This document shows positions 44,650 through 52,959 of a stretch of 61,157 nucleotides of DNA, in pieces (within the stretch, counting starts at the first letter, position 1; each line of letters opens with the position of its first letter). A program made the position numbers and the translations under genes. Origin of the DNA: Methylotenera sp. (GTDB taxonomy: Bacteria; Pseudomonadota; Gammaproteobacteria; Burkholderiales; Methylophilaceae). The DNA lies in NCBI GenBank assembly GCA_023259635.1, contig JALRGX010000095.1, forward strand, positions 1-61,157, written 5' to 3'. Below the pieces are notes generated by a model. It was not told the origin of the DNA. It made no database searches and was given only the letters and a program-made list of their open reading frames with translations.

Positions 44650-45209
44650 CCCGGCAAACCTAAAACAACCCGGGTAGATATAGCACGACGATAACTATCA
44701 ACCCCATACGCCCCTTCTCCACAGGAAACGGCAGGAGCAGCAGTTTTATTCATACCCTGCCATGCAACACTTACTTGGTATATTGCTGGAGTACAGATAC
44801 CCGCAGTAGCATCTGCCGCCCGAATTTCAGTAATACATCCGCGTGCGCCTGCCATCGCGCCAACATCATTACCACCCATTTTTTCGGCAGCGCCCCTTAA
44901 GGCATTACACCACTGACTCAGATCATTGCCAACAAGTGTTCCATCCGCATCAGCACAAGCCTGATCGCCAATGCTGTCAACAACATAGGAAGCCGCCTGG
45001 GCACGATTGGTATTGATCCGTTCCGCCATATCAGACAGCAATGCAATCGCCTGCGCGCGCTGATAAGACTCAATCTCGGCTAATTGAACCTTCGCCTGAA
45101 GCCCGGCCAATCCAAGCAAACCAAAGGTAAGGATAATAATGGTCACCAGCACTTCTATCAGAGTAGTGCCAGCCTGGTATTTATGCTGAAATGAATATTG
45201 ATTTAACAT
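44640..45209 (-). CDS. pilV: Minor pilin PilV
   Basis: AG|TTLIEVL, GLLGLAGLQ, DMAERI. Confidence 0.9.
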   Translation of the reverse strand: MLNQYSFQHKYQAGTTLIEVLVTIIILTFGLLGLAGLQAKVQLAEIESYQRAQAIALLSDMAERINTNRAQAASYVVDSIGDQACADADGTLVGNDLSQWCNALRGAAEKMGGNDVGAMAGARGCITEIRAADATAGICTPAIYQVSVAWQGMNKTAAPAVSCGEGAYGVDSYRRAISTRVVLGLPGCV

Positions 45210-45700
45210 GCCGAACTTTTCACTTTAGGTAAGCCGCTTAAACTGGTCGATACACAGCGTTCGGAAGATTCAGACCCCATTACAGCCTTAACACCAAAAG
45301 ATACAATCCCGGCAATACGGCCGGAACTGTTATATTCCACCGAAGCGGTCCCACTAAGAGTAACGTCACCATTAATAGTATGATCTTCCAAAACCTTATC
45401 TTCCGCGGCTGATGGGTAAATCTGCCAACCACTGCTACCAACCGACAATGTTACGTTTGCATTACGTTTAATCGCTTCACTGCGCGTCTTGATCAGGGCC
45501 ATGTACAAGTCTGTAGCTGTAGACTTTGCCTTCATTCTGGTTATCAGCCCGGTATATGCAGGCACAGCAATCATTGCTAGCATTCCTATAATGGTAACCA
45601 CCACGACCATTTCAATAAGATTAAACCCTTGGCTCAGCTTCCATGACTTATGAGACACGAACCTGGATGGATAAAAACTTTGGGGGCCTAGACTATTCAT
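45203..45700 (-). CDS. fimT: GspH/FimT-FimU family minor pilin
   Basis: QG|FNLIEM, RSEAIKRN. Confidence 0.82.
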   Translation of the reverse strand: MNSLGPQSFYPSRFVSHKSWKLSQGFNLIEMVVVVTIIGMLAMIAVPAYTGLITRMKAKSTATDLYMALIKTRSEAIKRNANVTLSVGSSGWQIYPSAAEDKVLEDHTINGDVTLSGTASVEYNSSGRIAGIVSFGVKAVMGSESSERCVSTSLSGLPKVKSSAC

Positions 45701-45709
45701 GACATTGAA

Positions 45710-46141
45710 TTACCATTTGCTGACTGGTGTTTTAACGCCGACATTATCCAATGTCAGCTCACCATCACCCGCTTGCGCACTTCCGGAAACTGGAGTTGCT
45801 GTTACCTTAAAGGTAGGTGGAGGACCATCTGCAGCCTCAATTGTAATTGTGTAATAAACTGAAACATCTGCTGGCGTTGTCACATCCAACGTAGCCAGAT
45901 CTGATGCATAACTGCGTGCATCGAGAAAATATTGCTGCTGCTTCTGTGCGGCATCCATCATTACCGCCTGTGCTGCTGCCCGCCTGCCTTTTTTCAAATG
46001 CTCAAGATAATTGGGCAGCGCAATCGAAGCCAATATACCAAGTATCGCCACTGCCACCATCAACTCCACCAAAGTAAAGCCCACTTGCCTCAACAATGAT
46101 CTTTCCGGATGACGACATTTAATTTTTGATGTAAGCAACAT
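45710..46141 (-). CDS. pilE: Minor pilin PilE
   Basis: VG|FTLVELMVAVAILGILASIALPNY, GRR.AAQ. Confidence 0.88.
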   Translation of the reverse strand: MLLTSKIKCRHPERSLLRQVGFTLVELMVAVAILGILASIALPNYLEHLKKGRRAAAQAVMMDAAQKQQQYFLDARSYASDLATLDVTTPADVSVYYTITIEAADGPPPTFKVTATPVSGSAQAGDGELTLDNVGVKTPVSKW

Positions 46142-46210
46142 ATCGATTTTCAGACCCTTTTAAACGTCATATATCATGCATGCGGGCATTTACAATGTCT
46201 ATTGGTAACT

Positions 46211-46241
46211 GACAGTCGGTAAAATTTCCTCAATGAGCGGT
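46211..46241 (-). promoter_or_regulatory. AlgR/LytTR-like direct repeat upstream of the minor-pilin operon
   Basis: Minus strand ACCGCTCATT-N11-ACCGACTGTC (21-bp period), resembling the AlgR box ACCGTTCGTC. Confidence 0.5.
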
Positions 46242-46396
46242 CACAGCGCTGCGCCCAGCTTTTTTTGCAAAACACATTATTAATTCCTAAATCTAAAATT
46301 ATGTAGAAAAGTGAATTACATTAAAAAATGCTAGAATGCTTAGATTGTTCTCAATTTGGCTAATTGTTTTATTAAAAAATTACCACATCGCCACCT

Positions 46397-46525
46397 ATGC
46401 AAAAACTCACTAAGAAAATCATACTGTTACTGGCTGCCTGCTTTGTACTTAACGCTTGCGGCACCAAGGGCCCGCTATACATTCCTGAGCAGCAATATCC
46501 TCAGCCTACTGAGAAAACCCAATAA
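46397..46525 (+). CDS. lptM: Small lipoprotein of the LptM/YifL/LppL family, 42 aa
   Basis: Not in the ORF track. MQKLTKKIILLLAACFVLNACGTKGPLYIP..., lipobox plus the CGxKGPLYxP signature, directly upstream of lysA. Confidence 0.9.
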   Translation: MQKLTKKIILLLAACFVLNACGTKGPLYIPEQQYPQPTEKTQ

Positions 46526-46560
46526 TCTAGCCCCACCTTTTAATTTATTAAGTCATTACC

Positions 46561-47805
46561 GTGAACGCATTTAATTTCAAAAATAATACGCTACATGCTG
46601 AAGATGTAGCCCTTAACAAAATCGCAGAAAACTTTGGCACACCTTGCTACGTGTATTCCAAATCGGCACTCACCAAGGCATTTGAACGCTTCAACGCCGG
46701 ATTTAAAGATACAAACCACCTGGTATGCTTTGCGGTTAAATCCAACCCCAGCCTTGCTATCCTGAACCTGTTCGCAAAACTGGGGGCTGGCTTTGATATT
46801 GTTTCAGGTGGCGAACTGGCCAGAGTAATTGCTGCTGGCGGTGACCCATCAAAAGTAGTATTTTCCGGCGTAGGCAAAACCGCCGATGAAATGCGCGCCG
46901 CTCTGGAAGCAGGTATTTTTTGCTTTAATGTAGAGTCTGCCAGCGAACTCACACGCCTGAACGATATTGCCGGTTACATGGGTAAAATCGCCCCGGTTTC
47001 ACTACGCGTAAACCCGAATGTGGATGCAAAAACACACCCTTACATTTCTACCGGCCTGAAAAACAATAAATTCGGCGTCGCTTATGAAGATGCACTGGAT
47101 ATTTACCTGCAGGCAGCAGCGATGCCCAACATTGCAATCCATGGCGTAGACTGCCATATCGGCTCACAGATCACCGAATTATCACCATTTATGGATGCAT
47201 TCGACCGCGTACTGGCGCTGGTAGATGCGCTAGAGCAGAACAACATCCGCATTCAGCACATCGACCTGGGCGGCGGTATCGGCATCTGCTACAGCGACGA
47301 AACGCCTCCTGAATTCAGCGACTATGCAAAAGCAATGTTAGCCAAGCTGGGCAAACGTGACATCAAACTGGTATTTGAACCAGGCCGCGCACTGGTAGGC
47401 AATGCTGGGGTATTACTCACTAAAGTTGAATATCTTAAACATACCGAGACCAAGAATTTTGCAATTGTTGATGCCGCCATGAATGACCTGATGCGCCCAG
47501 CGTTATACGATGCTTACCATGCGATTGAAGCTGTGCAGCCACGCGATGCAAATACCCGCAATTACGAAATTGTAGGCCCGGTATGCGAAAGCGGCGACTT
47601 CTTGGGTCATGACCGGGAGTTGGCTTTAGCTGAAGGCGATCTACTCGCAGTAATGTCTGCAGGCGCTTATGGCATGAGCATGGCCAGCAATTACAACACT
47701 CGCCCGCGCGCTGCAGAAATCATGGTCGACGGCGACAAATTAACTGTGATTCGTCAACGTGAAAAAGTGCAGGACTTATTTGCACTGGAAACTATCATCA
47801 AATAA
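46561..47805 (+). CDS. lysA: Diaminopimelate decarboxylase (GTG start)
   Basis: AVKSN, HIGSQ, EPGR, GPVCESGD, SNYNTRPR. Confidence 0.97.
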   Translation: MNAFNFKNNTLHAEDVALNKIAENFGTPCYVYSKSALTKAFERFNAGFKDTNHLVCFAVKSNPSLAILNLFAKLGAGFDIVSGGELARVIAAGGDPSKVVFSGVGKTADEMRAALEAGIFCFNVESASELTRLNDIAGYMGKIAPVSLRVNPNVDAKTHPYISTGLKNNKFGVAYEDALDIYLQAAAMPNIAIHGVDCHIGSQITELSPFMDAFDRVLALVDALEQNNIRIQHIDLGGGIGICYSDETPPEFSDYAKAMLAKLGKRDIKLVFEPGRALVGNAGVLLTKVEYLKHTETKNFAIVDAAMNDLMRPALYDAYHAIEAVQPRDANTRNYEIVGPVCESGDFLGHDRELALAEGDLLAVMSAGAYGMSMASNYNTRPRAAEIMVDGDKLTVIRQREKVQDLFALETIIK

Positions 47806-47819
47806 TTACATAACTAGGC

Positions 47820-47856
47820 AATAAAAAAGCGAAGACCAATCTTCGCTTTTTTTATT
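47820..47856. terminator. Bidirectional intrinsic terminator (lysA / purU)
   Basis: aataaaaaagcgaaga-ccaa-tcttcgctttttttatt. Confidence 0.85.
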
Positions 47857-47870
47857 ACTCAACATCACCC

Positions 47871-47997
47871 AATTCCAATTTCAGTTCGAAGGTGAAACAA
47901 GGCAACGACGAGTACGTGACGCAGGCAGTACAAATAGTACGACAAGGAACGTACGAGGAAGTTAACGCCGTGTCACCGATGAAATGAATTTGGAATT
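47871..47997. repeat. RPE-like palindromic element E2 (127 bp)
   Basis: Arms aattccaatttcagttc / gaaatgaatttggaatt (15 of 17 match); ACAAGGC, CAGTAC-aaata-GTAC, AACGCCGT; right end overlaps the purU stop. Confidence 0.75.
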
Positions 47998-48850
47998 AAT
48001 CGAAAATTACGGTTTTGTTCGCATAAAGCAGAATACGGTTTTCAATATGCCAGCGTACCGCTTTTGACAACACTACTCGCTCCAGGTCACGTCCTTTTTG
48101 AATCAGGTCTTCCACTTGGTCGCGGTGTGAAATGCGCTCGATACCCTGCTCAATGATCGGGCCTTCATCCAGCACCTCGGTCACATAATGACTGGTGGCA
48201 CCAATCAGTTTCACACCGCGTTCAAACGCACGGTGATATGGACGGGCGCCGATAAATGCCGGCAGGAATGAGTGATGAATATTGATGATACGCTGCGGGT
48301 AGCGTGCCACAAAATCCGGTGACAGGATTTGCATGTAGCGCGCCAGCACAATCAGGTCAATATTGTACTCATCAAACAATCTGAACTGCGCCGCTTCAGC
48401 TTCTGCCTTATTTTCTTTACTGATAGAAATGTAATGAAAATCCACGCCATAGAACTGCACCAGCTTTTCGGTATCACGGTGATTACTGATTACCAGCGGA
48501 ATCTCGCAGGCGAGTTCACCGCTTTTATGCCTGTGCAACAAATCCGCCAGGCAGTGGTCATATTGTGACACCATGATTGCAACTCGCGCCTTGGTTTGGG
48601 ATAACTTTAGCTGCCATTGCATGCTGAATTTGTTGGCAATAACTGCAAATGCCTGATTAAAGCCGCTTACATCCAGATTAAAACCGGCCAAATCCCACTC
48701 CACGCGCATGAGGAATAGATTATTTTCTGCATCCTGATGCTGGTCTGCGTGTAAAATGTTGGCATTGTGCTGATGTAGAAAATCAGCAATTGCCGCCACA
48801 ATGCCTCTGGCATCCGGGCAGGTAATCAGTAAGGTTGCGGTGTTTTTCAT
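47996..48850 (-). CDS. purU: Formyltetrahydrofolate deformylase
   Basis: ACT domain (CPD.RGIVA), LARYMQIL, NIHHSFLP, LDEGPII. Confidence 0.96.
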   Translation of the reverse strand: MKNTATLLITCPDARGIVAAIADFLHQHNANILHADQHQDAENNLFLMRVEWDLAGFNLDVSGFNQAFAVIANKFSMQWQLKLSQTKARVAIMVSQYDHCLADLLHRHKSGELACEIPLVISNHRDTEKLVQFYGVDFHYISISKENKAEAEAAQFRLFDEYNIDLIVLARYMQILSPDFVARYPQRIINIHHSFLPAFIGARPYHRAFERGVKLIGATSHYVTEVLDEGPIIEQGIERISHRDQVEDLIQKGRDLERVVLSKAVRWHIENRILLYANKTVIFD

Positions 48851-48876
48851 AGTGAGACTTTTTTCATAGTGAGACT
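48843..48876. repeat. Exact 17-bp tandem duplication spanning the purU start
   Basis: tttttcatagtgagact repeated twice. Confidence 0.9.
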
Positions 48877-49004
48877 TTATTAATCATTAATTAAAACTTA
48901 TGAGATTATACCCGATGCGCCTGCCACCTGAAAAATCAGTTAACTCTAAGGCGCATGATTACGCATTCAATTAAAGCAAAGCTACAAATAAAAGATACAT
49001 ACAA

Positions 49005-49994
49005 ATGAACAAAGATACGAGCATTGTACTTGCTAACCCTCGCGGATTCTGCGCCGGGGTAGATCGCGCGATTATCATCGTGGAACAGGCATTAGAGAAA
49101 TTCGGAGCGCCGATTTATGTACGCCATGAAGTAGTCCACAATAAATTTGTTGTAGATCAGCTCCGTGCCAAAGGCGCGATTTTTGTTGAGGAGCTGGATG
49201 AGATTCCAAGCGGCAGTACAGTTATTTTCAGTGCACACGGCGTTTCAAAAGCAATACGCACAGAAGCCGATGCGCGCGGCCTGACCACTTTCGACGCCAC
49301 TTGCCCGCTGGTAACCAAAGTGCATATCGAAGTTGAAAAAATGCGCAAAGCCGGTTTGGAAATCATTATGATTGGCCACAAAGGCCACCCTGAGGTTGAA
49401 GGCACGATGGGGCAGATTGAACAAGCGCAAGCCGATGGAAGTAATAAGGCAGCCGGAATGTATCTGGTGGAAACACCTGAAGATGTAACAATCCTACAGG
49501 TGCAGAACCCTGACCAGCTAGCCTATGTCACACAAACCACGCTATCACTGGATGATGCCGCCCTGGTAGTTGAAGCGCTGCGAAAACGCTTCCCCAATAT
49601 CAGAGCCCCCAAAAGCGATAGCATCTGCTATGCCACGCAGAACCGTCAGGATGCAGTCAAAATCATGGCAAAAGATTGCGACTTGGTCATTATTGTTGGC
49701 TCGCCTAATAGCTCCAACTCTAACCGTTTGCGTGAAGTTGCCCAAAATCAGGGCGTAGAAGCTTATATGGTAGATAACGCCAGCTACCTTAAAGCGGAAT
49801 GGCTGATAAATAAACAGAAAATCGGTGTTTCCGCAGGCGCTTCTGCTCCTGAAGTGCTGGTGCAGGAAGTTATTACAAAATTGCAGGAACTAGGTGCGAA
49901 TAATGTAGAGGAACTGCATGGCGTTGTAGAGCATGTAGTGTTCCAACTGCCTAAAAACCTGACTGCTGCAATTGCTAAACAGCAAATCTCGTAA
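49005..49994 (+). CDS. ispH: 4-hydroxy-3-methylbut-2-enyl diphosphate reductase
   Basis: [35 protein letters not shown]. Confidence 0.97.
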   Translation: MNKDTSIVLANPRGFCAGVDRAIIIVEQALEKFGAPIYVRHEVVHNKFVVDQLRAKGAIFVEELDEIPSGSTVIFSAHGVSKAIRTEADARGLTTFDATCPLVTKVHIEVEKMRKAGLEIIMIGHKGHPEVEGTMGQIEQAQADGSNKAAGMYLVETPEDVTILQVQNPDQLAYVTQTTLSLDDAALVVEALRKRFPNIRAPKSDSICYATQNRQDAVKIMAKDCDLVIIVGSPNSSNSNRLREVAQNQGVEAYMVDNASYLKAEWLINKQKIGVSAGASAPEVLVQEVITKLQELGANNVEELHGVVEHVVFQLPKNLTAAIAKQQIS

Positions 49995-50014
49995 TGTTTT
50001 GCATGCTGAATAAA

Positions 50015-50090
50015 ACCGGTGTAGCTCAGTTGGTAGAGCGTTTCATTCGTAATGAAAAGGTCTTGGGTTCGATTCTCTTCTCCGGCACCA
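50015..50090 (+). tRNA. tRNA-Thr(CGT), structurally degenerate and possibly a pseudogene
   Basis: 76-nt cloverleaf with D-arm GCTC-AGTTGGTA-GAGC, anticodon CGT, TTCGA and encoded CCA; mismatches A1:C72, T6:T67, T49:T65, T50:T64. Confidence 0.85.
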
Positions 50091-50103
50091 CTACAAAGTT
50101 ATA

Positions 50104-50568
50104 ATGAAAAGCTACAAAACTCCCATTTCCGCCCTGGTATTGATCCACACGCCAGATTTACAGGTGCTGATTATGGAGCGTGCCGATAAGGCAGGTTTCT
50201 GGCAATCTGTCACCGGCAGCTTAGAAGGAGAGGAAACTCCGCTACAGGCCGCAATCCGTGAAGTACGTGAGGAAACCGGCCTGGATGCAACACAATATAA
50301 TTTACAGGATTGGAACGCATCCAATGTATATGAGATTTACCCGCACTGGCGTCACCGCTATGCACCTGGCGTGACTGAAAATCGCGAGCACCTGTTTGGC
50401 CTGACCTTGCCAGGCCCGCTACCTGTAAAACTCGCGCCGGACGAACATGTGCGCTATGAATGGGTAGATTGGCGCGAAGCGGCAAAACGGGTTTTTTCGT
50501 GGACAAATGTCGACGCCCTGAAAAGATTAGGTGAACGACATCAATTAACGTTAGGAAACATGGAATAA
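50104..50568 (+). CDS. nudB: Dihydroneopterin triphosphate diphosphatase
   Basis: YKTPISALV, FWQSVTGS, Nudix box, W.HRYAPGVT.N.EH. Confidence 0.93.
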   Translation: MKSYKTPISALVLIHTPDLQVLIMERADKAGFWQSVTGSLEGEETPLQAAIREVREETGLDATQYNLQDWNASNVYEIYPHWRHRYAPGVTENREHLFGLTLPGPLPVKLAPDEHVRYEWVDWREAAKRVFSWTNVDALKRLGERHQLTLGNME

Positions 50569-50694
50569 GTCGCTGAGCGAGATAAAGTGCAAGGCGCACG
50601 GAACGGGAGCCGAGATAGTATTTAGCATACAGCGAGGTTGCGAGTACCGCGCAACGCAGCAATTTGCTCGCGTAGGCACTTATTTTGCGTTTCC
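50554..50694. repeat. RPE-like palindromic element E3 (141 bp), supplying the nudB 3' end
   Basis: Arms ggaaacatggaataagt / acttattttgcgtttcc; GCAAGGC, TAGTAT-ttagc-ATAC, CGAGTACC, AACGCAGC; GTTA on both flanks. Confidence 0.78.
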
Positions 50695-50747
50695 GTTATA
50701 AAATAAGCATTTTTAACACTTACGCTTTATTCATCACTTAAAAATAT

Positions 50748-51845
50748 ATGCAGATTTCACCGATTAAATTTGAGAAGTTTCAAGCAGCAGAAGATGCTGA
50801 ATGTCAGCGCCGCATTATTGCCGCTAAAGAAAAACTCGGCAAACGCCTGGTGATTCTAGGTCACCACTACCAGCATGAGAGCGTTTACCGCCATGCGGAC
50901 TACACCGGCGACTCACTCAAACTTTCGCGCCATGCCGCCGAGGTGGATGCCGAATATATCGTATTCCTGGGTGTGCATTTCATGGCGGAAGTTGCCGACA
51001 TTCTGAGCCGCCCTGGACAGATCGCGATCCTTCCTGACCTCGCCGCCGGTTGCTCGATGGCGGATATGGCGAACCTTGCCAAAGTCGAGCGCAGCTACCG
51101 CGAGCTGAATAAAGTTCTGAATTTTGACGAAAAAATCACACCGATCACCTACATCAATTCAGCCGCCGACCTGAAAGCATTCTGCGGCGAGCATGGCGGC
51201 ATTGTTTGCACGAGCACCAACGCGCCAAAGATTCTGGAATGGGGCTTTGCACAGCGTGAAAAAGTATTGTTCTTCCCCGACCAGAACCTGGGACGTTGGA
51301 GCGGTTACAAAATGGGTATTCCACTTGAGCAGATGCCGGTATGGGATCCTGACCTGCCTATGGGTGGCTTGACAGAAGAACAAATCAGGAACGCAAAAAT
51401 CCTGTTATGGAAAGGTCACTGTGCTGTACACCAGATGTTCCGTTTGCAGAACATCACCCAGTTCCGCAATGAACATCCGGATGGTTTTGTGATCTCGCAT
51501 CCCGAAGCCCCTTTCGAAGTGTGCCAGCATTCTGACTATGTAGGCTCTACTGAGTACATACTTAAGACCGTGAGCGAAGCACCGCCAAATACCAAGTGGC
51601 TGGTTGGCACGGAACTCAACCTGGTAAACCGCCTGGCTGAACAAATGAAGCCACAAGGAAAACTGGTGCAGTTCATGAGCCACGTCGTTTGCGAATGCTC
51701 CACCATGGCCAGAATTGACCCGCAACATCTGGCGTGGGTGCTGGAAAACCTGGCCGAGGGCAATGTCGTTAACCAGATCAAAGTGCCTGAGCATGAAGCC
51801 AAATTGGCCAAACTCACACTAGATCGCATGCTGGCGGCATCATAA
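50748..51845 (+). CDS. nadA: Quinolinate synthase, Bacillus-like subfamily
   Basis: GHHYQ, TGDSL, GVHFMAE, GCSMA, WKGHC.VH, CECSTM.RID. Confidence 0.94.
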   Translation: MQISPIKFEKFQAAEDAECQRRIIAAKEKLGKRLVILGHHYQHESVYRHADYTGDSLKLSRHAAEVDAEYIVFLGVHFMAEVADILSRPGQIAILPDLAAGCSMADMANLAKVERSYRELNKVLNFDEKITPITYINSAADLKAFCGEHGGIVCTSTNAPKILEWGFAQREKVLFFPDQNLGRWSGYKMGIPLEQMPVWDPDLPMGGLTEEQIRNAKILLWKGHCAVHQMFRLQNITQFRNEHPDGFVISHPEAPFEVCQHSDYVGSTEYILKTVSEAPPNTKWLVGTELNLVNRLAEQMKPQGKLVQFMSHVVCECSTMARIDPQHLAWVLENLAEGNVVNQIKVPEHEAKLAKLTLDRMLAAS

Positions 51846-52273
51846 TGACTTGCACGCTATGCCAGCCCTGCCCACACCCGATTCTCTGGCAGGATGACTT
51901 CTGCCGTGTCGTGCTGTTAAATGATGCTGATTACCCGGCATATTGCCGGATAGAACTGCTGGCACATATCAAGGAAATGACCGATCTGGTACCGGTCGAA
52001 CGTGCGCGCATGATGAAAACCGTTTTTGCAGTAGAACTTACGCTCAGGGAAATGTTTAACCCTGACAAAATCAACTTGGCCAGCCTCGGCAACAAAACCC
52101 CGCATATCCACTGGCATGTGATTCCACGCTTTACTAATGACAGACACTTTCCTAATTCACATTGGGGTGAAGCGGTGCGGGCGAGCAACCCGTCAGCACT
52201 TGATGCCGCGAGCATTGAACTGCTGGCACACAAAATAAACGCGCATATTACATGCGCGCTTAACACAGATTAG
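51845..52273 (+). CDS. HIT family protein
   Basis: CxxC, KINLASLGN, HIHWHVIPR. Confidence 0.9.
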   Translation: MTCTLCQPCPHPILWQDDFCRVVLLNDADYPAYCRIELLAHIKEMTDLVPVERARMMKTVFAVELTLREMFNPDKINLASLGNKTPHIHWHVIPRFTNDRHFPNSHWGEAVRASNPSALDAASIELLAHKINAHITCALNTD

Positions 52274-52353
52274 AGTCCTGCAGTTTCTTAAGAACCCATC
52301 CTTAAAAAACTGGCCTAAACAGCTACACTAGACAACTACACTAGGTGACCACA

Positions 52354-52668
52354 TTAAGCAACCACAAGCCGCTCAACGATTTTGCCGTTTTGCAGATGGC
52401 TTTCAATGATCTCATCGATATCTTCATTATCGACAAAGGCATACCAAACCGCTTGCGGGTAAATGACTAACAGCGGCCCCTCACCGCAACGGTCAAAACA
52501 ACCGGCACGGTTAACACGCACCTTACCTTTGCCATTCAGCTTAAGTTTTTTTACCTGCGCCTTCATGTAATCGAATGCCGCTCCTGCGCCCTTATCCATG
52601 CAACAGGCGGAGCCGTCTTCACGCTGATTCAGGCAGAAAAATACGTGATGCTCGAAGTAGTTTGTCAT
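52354..52668 (-). CDS. Thioredoxin-like (2Fe-2S) ferredoxin
   Basis: From MTNYFEHHVFFC: C..CC, GCFDRC, GP..VIYP..VWY; start corrected from the ORF track. Confidence 0.9.
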   Translation of the reverse strand: MTNYFEHHVFFCLNQREDGSACCMDKGAGAAFDYMKAQVKKLKLNGKGKVRVNRAGCFDRCGEGPLLVIYPQAVWYAFVDNEDIDEIIESHLQNGKIVERLVVA

Positions 52669-52745
52669 AAGGTTCTCACAATAATCTTTATCAACATCAT
52701 TTATTAAATTATCTGCGTGGACAGAAATCCACACACCCTGACAGG

Positions 52746-52809
52746 CTGGATTGCCGCGCTTCGCTCGCAATGACGTCATTGCGAGGCCACACAGGCCGTG
52801 GCAATACAG
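52746..52809. repeat. CGTC-type REP inverted dimer
   Basis: ctggattgcc...ggcaatacag outer arms around the perfect 22-bp palindrome ctcgcaatgacgtcattgcgag (52764-52785). Confidence 0.75.
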
Positions 52810-52858
52810 TGCTGCAGGCGTCATTACAAATTAATAGGTATTCGAATACAAACAATAC

Positions 52859-52959
52859 AATTTTCTCAAAATCTAAAGAGTCAAGACGGCTAGGTGAAAA
52901 CAGTACGTATAATACGGCGAACCGAAGCCAACGCAGGATATTTAGATTTTCAGAAAATT
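52859..52959. repeat. RPE-like palindromic element E4 (101 bp)
   Basis: Arms aattttctcaaaatctaaa / tttagattttcagaaaatt (18 of 19 match); TCAAGAC, CAGTAC-gtata-ATAC, AACGCAGG; right end overlaps the stop of the tonB-like gene. Confidence 0.75.

Noticed and set aside
46356-46574. 72-aa ORF upstream of lysA
   Set aside because: Wrong frame; the real gene is the lipoprotein at 46397-46525
48877-49004. Possible ZTP riboswitch upstream of purU (inverted repeat atgcgcct...aggcgcat)
   Set aside because: None of the ZTP consensus segments are visible; it looks like a divergent promoter region
50210-50662. 150-aa antisense ORF starting in element E3
   Set aside because: It overlaps nudB on the opposite strand and has no motif; open frames are common in palindromic elements
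52323-52344. ctacactag direct repeat at a 13-bp period
   Set aside because: Too short, and it lies between convergent genes; likely a slippage relic
52669-52824. 52-aa N-terminal extension of the ferredoxin in the ORF track
   Set aside because: It reads through the REP palindrome; family similarity begins at Met 52668
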